A DNA stretch of 64,000 nt from Candidatus Undinarchaeota archaeon (GTDB lineage: Archaea; SpSt-1190; JASMDC01), in the NCBI GenBank assembly GCA_964519305.1, contig CAZFHY010000005.1, positions 96,001-160,000 on the forward strand, in the 5' to 3' direction. Within the stretch, counting starts at the first letter, position 1; every line of letters starts with the position of its first letter. Shown piece after piece: positions 10,036 through 19,103 of the stretch. The notes under the pieces are model-generated. The model was not told the origin of the DNA and did not search any database. It worked only from the letters and a program-made list of their open reading frames with translations. The translations under genes were made by a program, and so were the position numbers.

Positions 10036-11256
10036 ATGGCAGAAGAGAAGAAGGATACAAAGAACGGAGCAGTTACGATCTCTGACCTGATGTCAAAGGT
10101 CAAGCGGCTGGAACTGGAGAACGTGTCCATCGAGGCCGATGAGCTCGTGCTCGAGCTCACACCGGCCCTGACGCAGGTCCTTGTCCAGATGATGGGCGGA
10201 GCGGGCCCGGGGATGGCCGGTGCACCGGGTGCCCCTCCCAAGAAGGTCGGGCCTTTCAAGTTCGAGACCCCCATCGCGGAATGGAAGCAGGACATCCTAG
10301 AGCTCACTATCGGAGCGACGAAGGAGGATGGTGGTACGAGGGACTACAGCGTCGTCATCGGTGGCCAGAAGACCATGCCCTTCTACACCTTCGAGGCGAA
10401 GGTCCCGAACATGCCTGTGTTCTCCTATGATATCTTCGACATGGAGCTCAAGCTCCCCAAGGCCGTGCGAATGTACTATGATGGCGTAATGGACAGCCCT
10501 GTCGAATGGGCGAAGACGGCCATCGAGCGGTACAATGCCAAGATGATCACGCTCCATCTTATCTCCACCGATCCCATCAACGGGAAGGACACATCACCAG
10601 AGGACGCAGCGGCGCTCATCGAGGATATGCTCAAAGAGATCAAGGTCCCGATGATCATCTCAGGCTCAGGGAACAGAAAGAAGGACCCGCCTGTGCTGGT
10701 AAAGGCCGCTGAAGCGGCCTCAGGGGAACGGGTGCTCCTGTCAGCGGCGCTCAACGATAATTACCAATCCATAGCTCCGGCGGTAATAGAGCACAATCAC
10801 GCGGTGCTCGCCCTGGCCACCATGGACCCTGCCGCTCAGAAGACACTGACCCGAGGTCTGGTCGTCGAGGGTGTCCCACGGAACAGCATCGTCATGGACA
10901 CGTTCACCGGCTCCCTGGGCTACGGCGTGGAGTACACCATCACCACCATGGAGCGGATCCGTCAGATGGCGTTCCGCGGTGACAAGGACCTCAACTATCC
11001 GATACTCTCGGGGACCTCCAATGCGTGGGCCGCCAGGGAGGCCTGGCGTAAGAACGACGAGTGGGGCGAGAAGCTTTACCGCGGCCCGTTATGGGAGGCG
11101 ACAACCGGGTTAATGGCATTGCTCTCCGGTGCGGACATATTCATGATGCTTCACCCCGGCGCGATCGATGCTCTAAGATCGATCGCCGAGCAGCTCCTCA
11201 TCGAAGAGGACGACTCGAAGCCGATGAAACCCGAGCAATGGATCAAGGGGGTATGA
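10036..11256 (+). CDS. cdhD: CODH/ACS delta subunit (corrinoid Fe-S protein small subunit)
   Basis: IGG..MPFY, LHLISTDP, GSGN..KD, LGYGVEY, AWAAREAW, RGPLWE, MMLHP. Confidence 0.93.
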   Translation: MAEEKKDTKNGAVTISDLMSKVKRLELENVSIEADELVLELTPALTQVLVQMMGGAGPGMAGAPGAPPKKVGPFKFETPIAEWKQDILELTIGATKEDGGTRDYSVVIGGQKTMPFYTFEAKVPNMPVFSYDIFDMELKLPKAVRMYYDGVMDSPVEWAKTAIERYNAKMITLHLISTDPINGKDTSPEDAAALIEDMLKEIKVPMIISGSGNRKKDPPVLVKAAEAASGERVLLSAALNDNYQSIAPAVIEHNHAVLALATMDPAAQKTLTRGLVVEGVPRNSIVMDTFTGSLGYGVEYTITTMERIRQMAFRGDKDLNYPILSGTSNAWAAREAWRKNDEWGEKLYRGPLWEATTGLMALLSGADIFMMLHPGAIDALRSIAEQLLIEEDDSKPMKPEQWIKGV

Positions 11257-11260
11257 AAGG

Positions 11261-12664
11261 ATGCCACGACTTACACCTATGATGATCTACAAGTATCTCC
11301 CTGGCAGGAACTGCGAGGCCTGCGGCGAGGAATCGTGCATGGCCCTGGCCCTGAAGCTGATCCAGCGGGAGAAAACCCCCGAGAGCTGCGCCAGCATGAC
11401 CGATATGGAGCGCTTGGTGCTCGTTGACATCCTTACTCCGCCCATCAGGGAGATAACCATCGGTAGCGGTGCGACCGCCATCAAGCTCGGTGGTGAGGAG
11501 GTGCTCTATCGGCACGAGCTCAAGTACTTCAATCCGACGGCCATCGCCATTGATATAGCCGACACTATGGACGAGAAGACCATCAAGGAGCGCATCGAAT
11601 TCATCAACACCTTCTCCATAGAAAGGCTCGGCGTCATCCTGAACCTGGACATGGTCGCCATCCGGTGCGCATCGGATGATCCGGCCAAGTTCAAGACCGC
11701 CATCGAGCTCACAATGAAAGAGACGGACAAGTCGCTCATGCTCTGCACGGTCGATCCGAAGTTGATGGAGGAGGGGCTCAAGCTCCTCAAGGGGAAGAAC
11801 CCGGTCATGTACACTGCGACGGCCAAGAACTTCGACGCTTTCGTGTCCCTTGCCAAGACCTACGATGCCACCCTGGTGCTCTACTCGAAGAGCCCATCGA
11901 AGCTGGGGACCATGGTACGGAAGGCTGAGGCCGCAGGGCTCACGCGACTTGTGCTCGATCCCGCGACAGGCATCACCGGTAAGGCGCTGGGGAACTCGAT
12001 CAACCGGATGGTCAAGGAACGCAGGGCCGCTATCGAGAACGGCGTCAAGGAGCTGGGTTATCCCACCCTAACGATCCCGAGCGCCGTGGGACTTACAGAG
12101 GAGGACCCCGTACAGGCCTCGTTCATGGAGACCCTTGTAGCGAGCATACACCTGGACAGGTTCGCGGACATGATCGTGCTCAGTTCGGTGGAGCCTTGGT
12201 CGGTCCTTCCGCTCCTCACCCTCCGCCAGAACATCTACACGGACCCGAGGACGGAGCCGACGGTCAAGGCCGAGCTGTACAAGATCGGCGATCCCGACGA
12301 GCATTCACCCGTCATCCTCACGGTGAACTTCTCTTTAACCTACTTCACAGTGGAGGGCGACCTCCGACGGTCCGGGGTATCTGCCTGGCTCATCGTGCTC
12401 GACACCAACGGATTCGCCGTGGACACGGCAGTTGCAGCGAACACCATGAGCGCGGACGATGTCAAGAAGTTCATCGACGACTTCAAGGTGGAGGAGAAGG
12501 TCAAGCACCGCAAGATGCTGATCCCGGCGCTGGCCGCACAGTTACGGGGCGATCTCGAGGACACGACCGGCTGGGAGATCTTCGTGGCAGGACGGGACTC
12601 GTCAGAGATCGCAGGATTCCTGAAGGACAAGTGGGAATGGAGGGACTCGGTATGGAAAGGGTGA
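11261..12664 (+). CDS. cdhE: CODH/ACS gamma subunit (corrinoid Fe-S protein large subunit)
   Basis: N-terminal NCEACGEESC..C Fe-S site, GGEEVLYRHE, LRQNIYTDP, NFSLTYFTVEGD. Confidence 0.94.
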   Translation: MPRLTPMMIYKYLPGRNCEACGEESCMALALKLIQREKTPESCASMTDMERLVLVDILTPPIREITIGSGATAIKLGGEEVLYRHELKYFNPTAIAIDIADTMDEKTIKERIEFINTFSIERLGVILNLDMVAIRCASDDPAKFKTAIELTMKETDKSLMLCTVDPKLMEEGLKLLKGKNPVMYTATAKNFDAFVSLAKTYDATLVLYSKSPSKLGTMVRKAEAAGLTRLVLDPATGITGKALGNSINRMVKERRAAIENGVKELGYPTLTIPSAVGLTEEDPVQASFMETLVASIHLDRFADMIVLSSVEPWSVLPLLTLRQNIYTDPRTEPTVKAELYKIGDPDEHSPVILTVNFSLTYFTVEGDLRRSGVSAWLIVLDTNGFAVDTAVAANTMSADDVKKFIDDFKVEEKVKHRKMLIPALAAQLRGDLEDTTGWEIFVAGRDSSEIAGFLKDKWEWRDSVWKG

Positions 12665-13491
12665 AGATCGGGATTATCAAGACTGGCAACATAGGTATCT
12701 CACCGCTCATCGACCTCGTGCTTGACGAGCGAGCGGACCGGGAGGACCTCACGTTCATAGCACGGACATCGGGACCCAAGATGGACCCTGAGAGCTCACA
12801 GGAGGTGGCCGCGTCCCTTATCGCCGATAAACCGGACCTGGTCCTGTACTCGACACCGAACGCCGCTATCGCTGGCCCCAAGGTGGTGCGTAAGCTTCTT
12901 TCCGAAGCGGGCATCCCGAGCATCGTGTTCAGCGACGGACCAGCGGCACGCGCGAAGGAGGACTTCGAGGCCGAAGGACTGGGGTACGTCCTGATCAAGG
13001 GCGACCCCCTCATCGGGGCCCGACGAGAGTTCCTGGACCCCACCGAGATGGCCTTGTTCAACTCCGACATCATCCGCGTCCTCTCCGGGACGGGCGTGGT
13101 CCGGCACATCGTCGAACTGCTGGACACAGCTATCGAGCGGATCAAGAGCGGCACGCTCGGGTCCGACGACCTGCCACGGATAGTCATCACAGCACGCACC
13201 GTGGCCAAGATGGGATACTACCAGAACCCCTATGCGCTCGCCAAGGCAATGGCCGCCTATCGCATGGCCGAGAACGTGGCCGCAATCGACTTCGAGGCAT
13301 GCTTCAAGCTCAAGGAGGAACGAGATTACGTTCTGATGGCGGCCACCGCTCACGAAGTACTGGCCGCGGCCGCACGTCTGGTCGACGAGGCACGGGAGAT
13401 CGAGAAAGGCAACGACACCGTGCTGAGGACATCGCATTCCAAGAGCGGCAAGGTGACCGAACGGTCCGGACTGCTCGAGGGGGCGGACTGA
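12652..13491 (+). CDS. mtd: F420-dependent methylene-H4MPT dehydrogenase
   Basis: GNIG..DLVLDERADRED, SGPKM, DPLIGARREFLDPTEMA.FN, NPYA.AKA; start inferred at MERVKIG. Confidence 0.93.
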   Translation: MERVKIGIIKTGNIGISPLIDLVLDERADREDLTFIARTSGPKMDPESSQEVAASLIADKPDLVLYSTPNAAIAGPKVVRKLLSEAGIPSIVFSDGPAARAKEDFEAEGLGYVLIKGDPLIGARREFLDPTEMALFNSDIIRVLSGTGVVRHIVELLDTAIERIKSGTLGSDDLPRIVITARTVAKMGYYQNPYALAKAMAAYRMAENVAAIDFEACFKLKEERDYVLMAATAHEVLAAAARLVDEAREIEKGNDTVLRTSHSKSGKVTERSGLLEGAD

Positions 13492-13493
13492 CC

Positions 13494-14357
13494 GTGATCA
13501 TCGAGGACACATTCTCCGAAGTGTTCGGCACCAAGTGCGGGCGGTTCCTAGTGACCGCTTCGAACGAGCGGTGGGCACGCATCGCCGCCCAATCGGCCGT
13601 GGGATTCGCTACGTCAATCATCTTCTGTCCCGCAGAGGCAGGTATCGACACGTTCGTCGAGTCAGGGCCCGACGGTCGACCAGGATATGTGGTGATGATC
13701 ACCCACCCAAGCGGAAAAGTGCTGAAAGAACAGCTTTTGGAGCGGATCGGTCAATGCGTCCTCACGGCGCCTACGACGGCCTGCTTCAACCTCATCGAAT
13801 CGGAGGAACCCTATCCCATTGGCAAGATGATGAACTACTTCGGTGACGGTTATGGGACGGCGCTCGAACGGTGGGGGCGAAAGCTCTACTCGATCCCTAT
13901 CATGGGAGGAGACTTCCTTATCGAGGAGTCCTTCGGGTACGCGAAAGGGTACTCGGGCAACCTCTGGATCATGGTCAATGATGCTGAGAAGGGTCTTGCT
14001 GCGTGCGAGCGTGTCATCGAGCGGATCAGTGGGATGGAGGGGATCATTGCACCCTTCCCGGGCGGCATCTGCTCGTCCGGATCGAAGGTCGGTTCCATAA
14101 AGTACAAGTTCCTCAAAGCATCCACCAATCACGAATATTGCCCCACGATCAAAGACAATGTGGATGCCACGAAAGTCCCCGAGAACGTGGTGGGCATCTA
14201 CGAGTTCATCTTCAATGCGGTCGACCTCGATACTCTGACGAAGGGCTTCAAGAGCGCGGTGGACGTGCTCGCTGACGCCGAGGGGATTGAACGCATCTCG
14301 GCAGGTAACTACGGGGGCAAGCTCGGGCCCGAGAAGATCTACCTACGGGAGCTCTGA
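13494..14357 (+). CDS. ftr: Formylmethanofuran:H4MPT N-formyltransferase
   Basis: EDTFSE, ATSIIFCPAEAG, RIGQCVLTAPTT, SGSKVG, ASTN, SAGNYGGKLG; GTG start inferred. Confidence 0.94.
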   Translation: MIIEDTFSEVFGTKCGRFLVTASNERWARIAAQSAVGFATSIIFCPAEAGIDTFVESGPDGRPGYVVMITHPSGKVLKEQLLERIGQCVLTAPTTACFNLIESEEPYPIGKMMNYFGDGYGTALERWGRKLYSIPIMGGDFLIEESFGYAKGYSGNLWIMVNDAEKGLAACERVIERISGMEGIIAPFPGGICSSGSKVGSIKYKFLKASTNHEYCPTIKDNVDATKVPENVVGIYEFIFNAVDLDTLTKGFKSAVDVLADAEGIERISAGNYGGKLGPEKIYLREL

Positions 14358-14382
14358 CCAATACATAGGACGGTGATGCCAA

Positions 14383-14841
14383 ATGGTACGTGCGATGGAT
14401 TTCTACAATCTCCTGCCCAAGACGAACTGCGAGAAGTGCCCGCAGAAATCGTGCATGGCGTTCGCTATGGCGCTCCTGAAGAACGAGGCGAAGCTGGAGG
14501 ATTGCCTTCCAGTGACGGCCGAGGATTTCCAGGAGAACAGGGAGAAGCTCTTAGAGCTCCTTGAGACCATCAAGGATGCTGAGGCCTCAGGCCTGATCGT
14601 GCATGAGGAGCTCTGTGACGGATGCGGCAACTGTCTCGTGGCATGCCCCGTCAACGTCGTCGATCCAAAAGCTGCTGGGGGGAAGGGGCCCGACACCGAC
14701 GAGGTCATCATGAAGGTCATCAACGGTCGCATCAAGATCATCAATCTAGAGGTATGCCGCCGCGTATCGGGCGAGGTGGCCACACGAACGTGCCGGGTAT
14801 GCGGAGAGGCCTGCCCCAAGAAGGCGTTCGAGTTCATCTGA
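14383..14841 (+). CDS. fwdG: FwdG-like ferredoxin with an extra N-terminal Fe-S domain
   Basis: NCEKCPQKSCMAFA..C followed by CDGCGNCLVACPVN..GGKGP..CRVCGEACP; precedes fwdD. Confidence 0.75.
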   Translation: MVRAMDFYNLLPKTNCEKCPQKSCMAFAMALLKNEAKLEDCLPVTAEDFQENREKLLELLETIKDAEASGLIVHEELCDGCGNCLVACPVNVVDPKAAGGKGPDTDEVIMKVINGRIKIINLEVCRRVSGEVATRTCRVCGEACPKKAFEFI

Positions 14842-14851
14842 GGTAATCATT

Positions 14852-15262
14852 ATGGGATTCCTTATCCTAGCACCACCGATAAAATGCACCCTGGTCACGG
14901 TTCGGACCGCGCGGCAGGGTGAGGCCATGGAAATGGGTAAGCTCACCCAGGAGTACCAGGAAGAGTGCTCCACCGTCCTCATGGACGAGGATGATATGAA
15001 ACGGCTCCGCGTCAAGGAGGACTCCATCGTGAAGGTCACGACCAAGACGGGCTCAGTCGAGCTCAGGGTACGACCGGTCACGAACTCTCCGGGCGTCATC
15101 GCTGTACCGCTCGGCCCGTGGGCGAACTCGCTCATCCCATCCGACACATCTCATACCGGGATGCCGTCGTACAAAGGGATCCCGGCCGAGGTGTCCGCGT
15201 CCATGGGACAGGCGATCACGAGTCTTGACAGACTGCTCGGTGATCTGTACGGGGGTGCCTGA
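14852..15262 (+). CDS. fwdD: Formylmethanofuran dehydrogenase subunit D
   Basis: RT..QG, PLGPWAN, TGMPSYKG. Confidence 0.9.
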   Translation: MGFLILAPPIKCTLVTVRTARQGEAMEMGKLTQEYQEECSTVLMDEDDMKRLRVKEDSIVKVTTKTGSVELRVRPVTNSPGVIAVPLGPWANSLIPSDTSHTGMPSYKGIPAEVSASMGQAITSLDRLLGDLYGGA

Positions 15263-15263
15263 G

Positions 15264-16631
15264 ATGGCCGAGGAGGAGAAGGTCACGAACATCAAGCCCG
15301 ATCTCACTGATGTCACTGACGTCACGTGCCCGTTCTGCGGCAACCTCTGCGACGACATCCATATCAAGAGGACGGGCGACGACGAGGCCGAGGTCCATCA
15401 CGCGTGCGGTGTTGGATACTACAAGTTCAAGAAGTTCATCACCAAGGGGGCACCTAGGAAGAACCTGCTCAGAAAGAAGAGCGGTGACAAGAAGGCCTCT
15501 GACGACACGTTCAAGGAGGCCAAGCTGGACGCGTGCATCGACAAGGCGGCCGAGCTGCTCATCGCCGCCAAGAAACCGGTGCTCTTCGGCTGGGCATCCA
15601 CATCGGTGGAGGCGATCCGGGAAGGTATCGCCCTTTCTGAGGAGGTCGGCGGTATTATCGACCAGACCACTTCGGTCTGTCATGGCCCCTCCACACTAGC
15701 TGTCCAGGACGTGGGCATCTCTTCGTGCACCCTCGGGACGGTCCTCAACCATGCGGACCTCATCATCTACTGGGGATGCAATCCCTCCGAGGCCCACCTG
15801 CGGCACATGAGTAGATATACAGTCTACCCCAGGGGTGCCTTCAGGGAGAAGGGACGCCAGGACCGGGAGGTCGTGGTCGTCGACGTCAGGGAGACCTCGT
15901 CCACGAGTGTCGCCACCCAGTTCATCAAGGTGGACCCGAACACGGACTACGAACTGGTCCACGCGCTCAGGCTCGCCATGAAGGGCGAGGAGCTACCGGA
16001 CGAGATACCTGGGACCGGTGTCACCAAGAAGCAGGTCATGAAGCTCGCCCAAAGGCTCAAGCGCTCCAAGTTCTGCGCGTTCTTCTTCGGTCTCGGGCTG
16101 ACCATGACACGCGGAAGGCACCGGAACATCGATGCCATCCTCTCTCTGGGTGCCGAGCTCAACAAGGACACGAAGGTCGTCATCCGGCCCATGAGGGGAC
16201 ACTACAACGTCGCTGGCGCTGCTGAAGTGTTCACCTGGCAGACGGGGTACCCGTACGCTGTGGACCTCACGAGGGGGTATGCCAGATACAATCCTGGCGA
16301 GACCTCGCTGGTCGACCTCTTGGTACGGGATGATGCTGACTGCCTGTTCATCGTCGCGTCCGATCCGGTCGCGCACTTACCGAAGGAGGCCGCACGACGG
16401 TTCGGCAATCTGCCTGTTATCGTCATCGATCCTCACGCTACCATCACTTCGAAGTTCGCCGACGTCTACTTCCCGTGCGCGGTCACGGGTGTCGAATCCG
16501 AGGGCACCGCCTATAGGATGGACGGGGTCCCGATTAAGCTGAAGAAGGTCATCGACAGTGACCTGCCATCTGACACGGAGATCGTCGCCAATATCCTTGA
16601 ACGTGTCAAGAAGAAGAGAGGGGGTAAGTAG
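15264..16631 (+). CDS. fwdB: Formylmethanofuran dehydrogenase subunit B (Cys-ligated Mo/W)
   Basis: CPFCGNLCDD, SVCHGP, WGCNP, MRGHYNV, GTAYRMDG. Confidence 0.94.
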   Translation: MAEEEKVTNIKPDLTDVTDVTCPFCGNLCDDIHIKRTGDDEAEVHHACGVGYYKFKKFITKGAPRKNLLRKKSGDKKASDDTFKEAKLDACIDKAAELLIAAKKPVLFGWASTSVEAIREGIALSEEVGGIIDQTTSVCHGPSTLAVQDVGISSCTLGTVLNHADLIIYWGCNPSEAHLRHMSRYTVYPRGAFREKGRQDREVVVVDVRETSSTSVATQFIKVDPNTDYELVHALRLAMKGEELPDEIPGTGVTKKQVMKLAQRLKRSKFCAFFFGLGLTMTRGRHRNIDAILSLGAELNKDTKVVIRPMRGHYNVAGAAEVFTWQTGYPYAVDLTRGYARYNPGETSLVDLLVRDDADCLFIVASDPVAHLPKEAARRFGNLPVIVIDPHATITSKFADVYFPCAVTGVESEGTAYRMDGVPIKLKKVIDSDLPSDTEIVANILERVKKKRGGK

Positions 16632-16632
16632 G

Positions 16633-18309
16633 ATGGGACTGATACTCAAGAACGGTATAGTCTTCGATCCCAAGAACGGGATCCGCGGCGAGAAGATGGA
16701 CCTATTCATCAAGGACGGGAAGATAGTCGCTGAGAAAGACCTCGGAAAGAAGTCCGATACTATCGACCTAGTAGGTAAGGTCGTGTTCCCGGGCGGCGTC
16801 GACATCCATGCTCATATCGCCGGCTCGAAGGTGAACAGCGGTCGGCTCTTCCGACCAGAGGACAGCCGGATGCGCACCGTCCCGAGAACGAACGTCACAC
16901 GGGCCGGGTCAGGCTTCTCCGTACCTACCACGTACCTTACCGGGTATACATACTCGGAGATGGGCTACACCACGGTCATCGAGCCCGCGGTCCCGCCGCT
17001 GAAGGCCAGGCACACTCACGAGGAGTTCCACGATATCCCCATGCTCGACAAGACCGGGCTCCTACTCCTGGGCAACAACCATCAGGTCATCGAGTACCTC
17101 AAGGCCGGTGACCTCGACCGGTGCAGGGAGTGGGTCGCTTGGATGCTCTTGGCCACAAAGTGCTATGGTATCAAGTGCGTGAACCCGGGTGGTACGGCCA
17201 GCTGGGCGTGGGGCAAGAACGTGGAAGGCCTCGACGATCCCTGCACGTACTTCGAGGTAACGCCGCGGGAGATCATCCGTGGGCTCGTGGACATCAACGA
17301 GAACCTCGGTCTCCCTCATGCGGTCCATCTGCACTGCAACAACCTCGGCGCACCCGGTAACTATACGACCGCTATCGAGACAATCGACGCCGTCAAGGAC
17401 CTCAAGAACAAGGAACGGTCCGTCCTGCACCTCACCCACCTGCAGTTCAACGGGTATGGTGGCGACTCCTGGAAGACGTTCGAGTCCAAGGGGGTCGAGC
17501 TCGCCGAGAAGATAGACAAGACCCCGAACATCACGGTGGACACGGGGAACGTCTGCTTCGAGCCCACGACGACCATGACGGCCGACGGGCCCTTCGAGTT
17601 CCATCTCCACCGGCTCAGCAAGCAGAAATGGGTCAACTTCGACGTGGAGCTAGAGGCGGGTACCGGGATCGTGCCCTACGAGTACAAGAAGAACGTCAGC
17701 GTGAACGCGGTCCAGTGGGCCGTCGGTCTCGAGATGGTCCTTGCGCTAAAGGACCTCACGAAGATACACCTGACCACGGACCATCCGAACGGTGGCCCCT
17801 TCACGTGCTATGCAGAGATGATCGCGTGGCTCATGTCCAAGAAGGCCAGGGCCGAGACGATAGCAACGCTCCACGACGCTGTGAAGAGCAGGGCTGCGAT
17901 CTCAGACTTGGACCGTGAACTTGACCTCTTCGATATCTGTCTGATCACGCGCGGAACCGCACAGACCCTCGGTCTCGCGAACAAGGGTCATCTTGGTATC
18001 GGTGCCGACGCGGACGTCGCCGTGTACGACATCGGTGTCGAGGAGAAGGACGGGGCCAAGATCGAGCGTGCTTTCAGGCATTGTGCCTACACCATCAAGG
18101 GCGGAGAACTCGCGGTCAAGGACGGGAAGGTCGTCAATTCCGTTACGGGAAAGACGCTCTGGATCGACACGAAGCCGAAGGTGGACGCCATCGAGAAGGA
18201 CCTGAGAAAGCGGTTCGAAGCATATTACTCCGTATCGCTCGATAACTACCCCGTCGATATGAGCTATCTGGGGGAGAGCGAGATGGTCATGAAGAGGTGT
18301 AAGAAATGA
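16633..18309 (+). CDS. fwdA: Formylmethanofuran dehydrogenase subunit A
   Basis: DIHAHIAG, KCVNPGG, HLHCNNLG, THLQF, TTDHPNGGPF. Confidence 0.95.
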   Translation: MGLILKNGIVFDPKNGIRGEKMDLFIKDGKIVAEKDLGKKSDTIDLVGKVVFPGGVDIHAHIAGSKVNSGRLFRPEDSRMRTVPRTNVTRAGSGFSVPTTYLTGYTYSEMGYTTVIEPAVPPLKARHTHEEFHDIPMLDKTGLLLLGNNHQVIEYLKAGDLDRCREWVAWMLLATKCYGIKCVNPGGTASWAWGKNVEGLDDPCTYFEVTPREIIRGLVDINENLGLPHAVHLHCNNLGAPGNYTTAIETIDAVKDLKNKERSVLHLTHLQFNGYGGDSWKTFESKGVELAEKIDKTPNITVDTGNVCFEPTTTMTADGPFEFHLHRLSKQKWVNFDVELEAGTGIVPYEYKKNVSVNAVQWAVGLEMVLALKDLTKIHLTTDHPNGGPFTCYAEMIAWLMSKKARAETIATLHDAVKSRAAISDLDRELDLFDICLITRGTAQTLGLANKGHLGIGADADVAVYDIGVEEKDGAKIERAFRHCAYTIKGGELAVKDGKVVNSVTGKTLWIDTKPKVDAIEKDLRKRFEAYYSVSLDNYPVDMSYLGESEMVMKRCKK

Positions 18310-19082
18310 AGATCATCCTGCGGTCCAAGAACAAGGTCGACAAAATCAATGTCGAGGTCGATGGGATCAACCACCAGCTCTTCGGGATGGCCCTTGCCCA
18401 GATCAAGAAGGTAACCGTCCACCAAGGGAACCAGCAATGCTCATTGGGTGACTTCTTCGATGTGAGCATCGAGGATGCGAAGGGTAAAGGCCGACTGATC
18501 GTGCTCGAAGGCGACGACCTGGGCAGGTTCAAGCGCATCGGCGAGGCCCTCGAAGAGGGTGAGGTCCAGGTGAACGGGGATTGCGGTATGTACTGCGGTT
18601 ACCTTATGTCGGGCGGTAGGATCGTTGTGGAGGGTAACTGCGACGCGTTCTGTGGCATGGACATGACCGGTGGCGAGCTCGTCGTCAAGGGCAATGCATC
18701 GGACTACCTGGGCGCGGCCTACCGCGGTGAGTCCGCGGGCATGAAGGGTGGCAAGATCACCGTGCACGGGAACGCAGGTGTCGAGGTGGGCAGCAGGCTC
18801 GCCGGCGGCATGATCGTCATCAAGGGTGACACTGACCTGTTCACTGGGATCCACATGAAGAAGGGGCTCATCGTCATCGAGGGCACGGCCGGTCTACGAG
18901 TCGGCGCCCAGATGACCGGCGGGACTATCGTTCTCTCTAAGGGAGAGCTTCTGCCCGGGTTCAAGGAAGGTGAACCTGTCAAGGATCCCGATATCGAGGG
19001 CGAGGGATTCAGCGGGGACTACAGAACGTTCGCCGGAGACCTCGTTGAGAACGGAAAGGGGACAGTCCTCCTCAAGGATTGA
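18306..19082 (+). CDS. fwdC: Formylmethanofuran dehydrogenase subunit C
   Basis: GxxMxxG beta-helix repeats, AYRG..GMKGG, C-terminal GDL..GKG. Confidence 0.92.
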   Translation: MKIILRSKNKVDKINVEVDGINHQLFGMALAQIKKVTVHQGNQQCSLGDFFDVSIEDAKGKGRLIVLEGDDLGRFKRIGEALEEGEVQVNGDCGMYCGYLMSGGRIVVEGNCDAFCGMDMTGGELVVKGNASDYLGAAYRGESAGMKGGKITVHGNAGVEVGSRLAGGMIVIKGDTDLFTGIHMKKGLIVIEGTAGLRVGAQMTGGTIVLSKGELLPGFKEGEPVKDPDIEGEGFSGDYRTFAGDLVENGKGTVLLKD

Positions 19083-19103
19083 TCCGTAGTAATGTAGCGA
19101 GGG

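Noticed and set aside
12196-12651. N-terminal extensions of mtd, ftr (13299), hdrA (20284), fwdA (16558) and the GT (46568) in the ORF track
   Set aside because: They overlap neighbouring genes; homology and RBS/TATA spacing point to later starts, so they are not fusions.
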